Positions 60,883-64,000 of a stretch of DNA of 64,000 nucleotides are shown in pieces. The notes beneath the pieces are model-generated. The model was not told the origin of the DNA. It saw only the letters and a list, made by a program, of their open reading frames with translations, and did not search any database. Both the position numbers and the translations under genes were made by a program. The DNA comes from Saprospiraceae bacterium (GTDB taxonomy: Bacteria; Bacteroidota; Bacteroidia; Chitinophagales; Saprospiraceae): assembly GCA_040080915.1 (NCBI GenBank), contig JBEBHD010000001.1, positions 83 through 64,082 of the forward strand, written 5' to 3'. Positions within the stretch are counted from its first letter, which is position 1; the number at the start of each line of letters is the position of its first letter.

Positions 60883-60942
60883 ATGCTGCGAAACGCGGAC
60901 TACTACGGAAAAAAATCCGTTGAAATCCGCGTTTCGCAGCAT
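60883..60942 (+). terminator. 17-bp perfect inverted repeat followed by a T-rich tract; possible terminator or regulatory hairpin between cargo 4 and HTCS-4
   Basis: ATGCTGCGAAACGCGGA (60883-60899) pairs with TCCGCGTTTCGCAGCAT (60926-60942). The 26-nt loop contains a nested ACGGA/TCCGT pair. Followed by tcttttta. Confidence 0.35.
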
Positions 60943-60982
60943 TCTTTTTATCCGTACGGCATGGCCTATATTTGCGGCCACC

Positions 60983-63900
60983 ATGTACATCCGCTCTGCC
61001 TTTATTCTGTTGATGTGGTTCATGCCGGGCATGGCGACGTATGCTCAGCAGCAGCAATACGAGGCCATCACCGTCAACGACGGCCTCTCGCAGGGCATGG
61101 TATACGACATCTTGCAGGGCCGGGACGGCTATATCTGGATAGCCACCAATGACGGGCTGAACCGCTACGACGGCTCCCGGATTGAGGTATTTTCGCCAGA
61201 CCCGTTCAACGCATTCTCCATCAGCGGCAGCGAGGTAACCAGCTTGTTTGAAGATCGCAGCGGCTTGATTTGGGTAAGCACGCCCGACCAACTGGAGCTA
61301 TTCGACCCCAATAGCAGGCGCTTTTTCCATCTGATGCATGGAGGGCAACCGGTATCCAGTCAAGGTTACGCGTTTTTTGCAGAAACGCCGGATGGCGCCG
61401 TTTGGCTTACCGACGATTTCCATATCTGGAAAATACACGTACCGGAAGGTTTGCTGGAAAAAGCCGTGACAACCGGCAATGCCACCATCACACCATCTTG
61501 CAAGCACCTTGCCCTGCAGCGGGCAGACGGCGGAGCAGGCACACCGCTGCGAGCGACAAGAGTATTGCATACCCAAAATCAAAAATTGCTGATCGGCACC
61601 AATCAGGGGCTATTTCGTTTCGACCCCTCTACGGAAAAGGTTTTCCCCGAATACAGCATTCCGGATATTGCAATTCGGGGTATTGCCGAAAACAAGGCCG
61701 GTGAACTTTTGCTAATAGGGAAACTCCCCTCGGAACAAAAAATCTGGATTTGGATATCAGGTTCCAACGTCAGGGAATATAAAGAGACCTCCACTCCAGT
61801 TTATCCACGTACTGTTTTTTCGTTGGATGCAGCGGGATATTTATGGACGTTTCGGGGGAAAGCCATTCAAAAATGGCAGGTATCTGCTTTTTTTAATCAA
61901 GGCAAACCCGAACTGGAGATCGGTACCGATGCCTCTTTATTGAAGGATAATTATGCCTTTTGCACCAAATTTCTGTTTGATCAAAGTGGCGTGTGCTGGA
62001 TCGGTACAAGTGGCTTTGGCATGATCAAACTGAATGAAACGGTACCGGTATTTAAAACCTGCCTCCGGGATGTCACCCAACGTATCGTGGTGGAAGTCCC
62101 AGACGGAGGCTTCTCCAGCATAGAGTCTCCCGGGATAAAATACCTTTCCCAAACCTTTGACCAACAAGCGCCTAACACGGATTATTACGGCAATTTTCAT
62201 CCACTTGACAATAATTCGGTGGGGCGCCTTGCCGTATGCTTTGACAAAGCCGGCAACGGATGGTCGTCGAGCCGCGACGATTCTCTCTTGTACCGAATGG
62301 ATGCCGCGACGAAATCCCAAAAATCGTTTCCCTGGCGTGGCGTCGGTTTGTTGTGCGACCGTACCGGTGCCCTGTTGAGCGTGGAAGAAACCGGCTTGCG
62401 CAAATTTGACCCCCGAACAAATACCAGCCGGAAGTATCCGTTCGACAAACCGCAGAAAAGGGTTTCCGAATATTCCTTCTACCTGTTCGAGGATACCAAT
62501 GGCGCAATCTGGATATTCGGCTTCGAGGGATTGACCAAAGCCACCCCGGAAAATACAGGCTACCGCTTCGAGTATTTCAGAAACAACCCCAACAACCGGT
62601 CCTCAATCAGCAGCAACATTGTGCTCAGCGTAGCCGACGACCCGCTCGAACCCCGGCGATACCTCTGGGTAGGCACCAAGTCCGGCGGACTTAACCGCCT
62701 CGACAAACAGTCGGGACAATGGAAATACTACAAAAAGGAACAAGGACTGCCCGATAATGTCGTGTACGGCATTCTGGCCGAAGGCACCGGCACGCCCCGG
62801 GAGAGGAGACCCTTTATCTGGCTAAGCACCAACAAAGGCCTTTGCCGCTTTCAGGTCCGGACGGAAACGACCAAAAATTTTACCGCTGCCGACGGCCTGC
62901 AAGACAACGAGTTCAACAGTTCCAGTTACCTGAAAACCCGGGACGGCACCATGATTTTTGGCGGCGTAAAAGGCCTGACCGTGTTCCATCCCGACAGCCT
63001 GCGCTTCAACAAACATCTGCCGCTAACGCATATCGTCGGTCTGCTGGTCAATAACCGGAAGTTCGACCTTTCAGGGAAATCGTCCATTACCCTTTCCCAC
63101 GACCAAAACCTGCTCACGTTCGAATTCGCGGCGCTCGAATTCACCAATCCCGCGCAAAACCAGTACCGCTACCAACTCGTGGGTGTGGACAAAGGCTGGG
63201 TGCCGCTGGGCAACAAAAACAGCATCCAATTCGCCAACCTCGCCCCCGGCACTTACACATTCAAGGTGCTGGGCAGCAACAACGACGGTGCCTGGAGCGA
63301 GCAACCCGCCGAACTGCGATTTGTCATCCGCCCACCATGGTGGGCTTCCTGGTTGGCTTACCTGCTGTACCTCGTGCTGGCCGCCACAGGCATTTGGTGG
63401 TATTATCGGCACCTGCTCCGTCAACGGTTTGCAGAACAGGAACGCTTGCATCTGCGCGAACTCGACGATTTTAAAAACCGGTTTTTTACCAATATCACCC
63501 ACGAATTTCGGACGCCGCTGACGGTGATCCTCGGCATGAGCGAGCGGGTGCTGCGCGACGAGGTGACGCAGCATCACCCTGTTGCAATTGCTCAGCCCCT
63601 TACCCTGATCAAACGCAGCGGCGAAAACCTCCTGCGACTCGTCAACCAAATCCTCGACCTGGCCAAATTGGAGTCGAAAACCCTGAAAATGAATTATATC
63701 CAGGGCGATATCCTGACCTACATCAAGTACATCGCCGAAAGTTTGCACTCGCTGGCAAACGCGCAGAATCTGATGCTCCGGGTCGAAAGCGATCAGGCCC
63801 AAATCGTGATGGACTACGACCCGGAGCGTTTTTTGCAAATTGTCCACAACCTGCTGTCCAACGCCATCAAGTTTACGCCTTCCGGCGGCAAGGTGGTCTT

Positions 63901-64000
63901 GCGGGCTACCATAGACCCGGCAGGTTTTAAAAACCTGCCGGGTCTGAATCTCATAGTCACTGACTCCGGCGCAGGTATTCCGGCGGAAGACATACCCCAT
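60983..64000 (+). CDS. Hybrid two-component system protein (HTCS-4), 5' partial; runs off the window end inside the HATPase domain
   Basis: Not in the supplied ORF track, presumably because there is no stop in the window. By my reading the frame from ATG 60983 stays open to 64000. MYIRSAFILLMWFMPGMATYAQ. GLSQGMVYDILQGRDGYIWIATNDGLNRYDG. PGTYTFKVLGSNNDGAW. TM helix. H-box ITHEFRTPLTVILGMS. Ends ...VTDSGAGIPAEDIPH. The kinase core is very similar to HTCS-3. Confidence 0.85.
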   Translation, partial: MYIRSAFILLMWFMPGMATYAQQQQYEAITVNDGLSQGMVYDILQGRDGYIWIATNDGLNRYDGSRIEVFSPDPFNAFSISGSEVTSLFEDRSGLIWVSTPDQLELFDPNSRRFFHLMHGGQPVSSQGYAFFAETPDGAVWLTDDFHIWKIHVPEGLLEKAVTTGNATITPSCKHLALQRADGGAGTPLRATRVLHTQNQKLLIGTNQGLFRFDPSTEKVFPEYSIPDIAIRGIAENKAGELLLIGKLPSEQKIWIWISGSNVREYKETSTPVYPRTVFSLDAAGYLWTFRGKAIQKWQVSAFFNQGKPELEIGTDASLLKDNYAFCTKFLFDQSGVCWIGTSGFGMIKLNETVPVFKTCLRDVTQRIVVEVPDGGFSSIESPGIKYLSQTFDQQAPNTDYYGNFHPLDNNSVGRLAVCFDKAGNGWSSSRDDSLLYRMDAATKSQKSFPWRGVGLLCDRTGALLSVEETGLRKFDPRTNTSRKYPFDKPQKRVSEYSFYLFEDTNGAIWIFGFEGLTKATPENTGYRFEYFRNNPNNRSSISSNIVLSVADDPLEPRRYLWVGTKSGGLNRLDKQSGQWKYYKKEQGLPDNVVYGILAEGTGTPRERRPFIWLSTNKGLCRFQVRTETTKNFTAADGLQDNEFNSSSYLKTRDGTMIFGGVKGLTVFHPDSLRFNKHLPLTHIVGLLVNNRKFDLSGKSSITLSHDQNLLTFEFAALEFTNPAQNQYRYQLVGVDKGWVPLGNKNSIQFANLAPGTYTFKVLGSNNDGAWSEQPAELRFVIRPPWWASWLAYLLYLVLAATGIWWYYRHLLRQRFAEQERLHLRELDDFKNRFFTNITHEFRTPLTVILGMSERVLRDEVTQHHPVAIAQPLTLIKRSGENLLRLVNQILDLAKLESKTLKMNYIQGDILTYIKYIAESLHSLANAQNLMLRVESDQAQIVMDYDPERFLQIVHNLLSNAIKFTPSGGKVVLRATIDPAGFKNLPGLNLIVTDSGAGIPAEDIPH

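Noticed and set aside
63071-64000. 309-aa minus-strand ORF at the window end
   Set aside because: Antisense to HTCS-4. The plus-strand frame from 60983 carries unmistakable HisKA/HATPase motifs and was absent from the ORF track only because it has no stop in the window.

Overview
GC-rich bacterial chromosome segment. The gene content points to Bacteroidota: T9SS type-A C-terminal sorting domains, hybrid two-component systems (HTCS) with AraC outputs, LytTR regulators, and a Bacteroidota-style PurM and alternative GlmU-like gene. Possibly a Saprospiria- or Chitinophagia-like lineage, but I cannot confirm the taxon from sequence alone.

The window has three parts.

(1) 1-10.4 kb:
- a repeat array
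- a frameshifted Uma2 nuclease gene
- a YghZ-like aldo/keto reductase
- a secreted LVIVD-type T9SS cargo protein
- a BASS transporter
- the first HTCS

(2) 10.4-14.5 kb, a compact island that looks like a defence or conflict locus:
- an intact Uma2 (PD-(D/E)xK) nuclease gene
- 3 nt downstream, an 893-aa single-chain TIR / nSTAND-type P-loop NTPase / FGE-sulfatase-like protein
- a small-ORF plus PIN toxin-antitoxin pair

This is my best candidate for an uncharacterised system.

(3) 14.5-64 kb:
- A short housekeeping run: flippase, GlmU-like gene, purM, TPR lipoprotein, gluQ, GT2 synthase.
- A large cell-surface region with four giant T9SS cargo proteins. They have unrelated N-terminal heads and share a roughly 1.5-2.0 kb 3' module of HYR-like repeats plus the sorting domain. 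A decayed fifth copy is also present.
- Three of the cargo genes are each followed by an HTCS-AraC gene.
- Also in this region: a TPR/LuxR membrane regulator, a tail-fibre-like protein with an S74 chaperone domain, a propeller-LytS kinase with a LytTR regulator, an S41 peptidase, and an orphan Hcp homologue that carries a Sec signal peptide.

Several small repeat families are visible:
- a phased TGTGAAYCTG / CACAGATT word family
- a 161-bp MITE-like element with perfect 21-bp terminal inverted repeats
- heptamer-based palindromic elements inserted in-frame inside an HTCS gene
- a ~60-bp dispersed repeat bracketing the S41/Hcp block

I found no rRNA, tRNA or CRISPR array. All functional calls come from my reading of the translated ORFs and motifs, with no database search.
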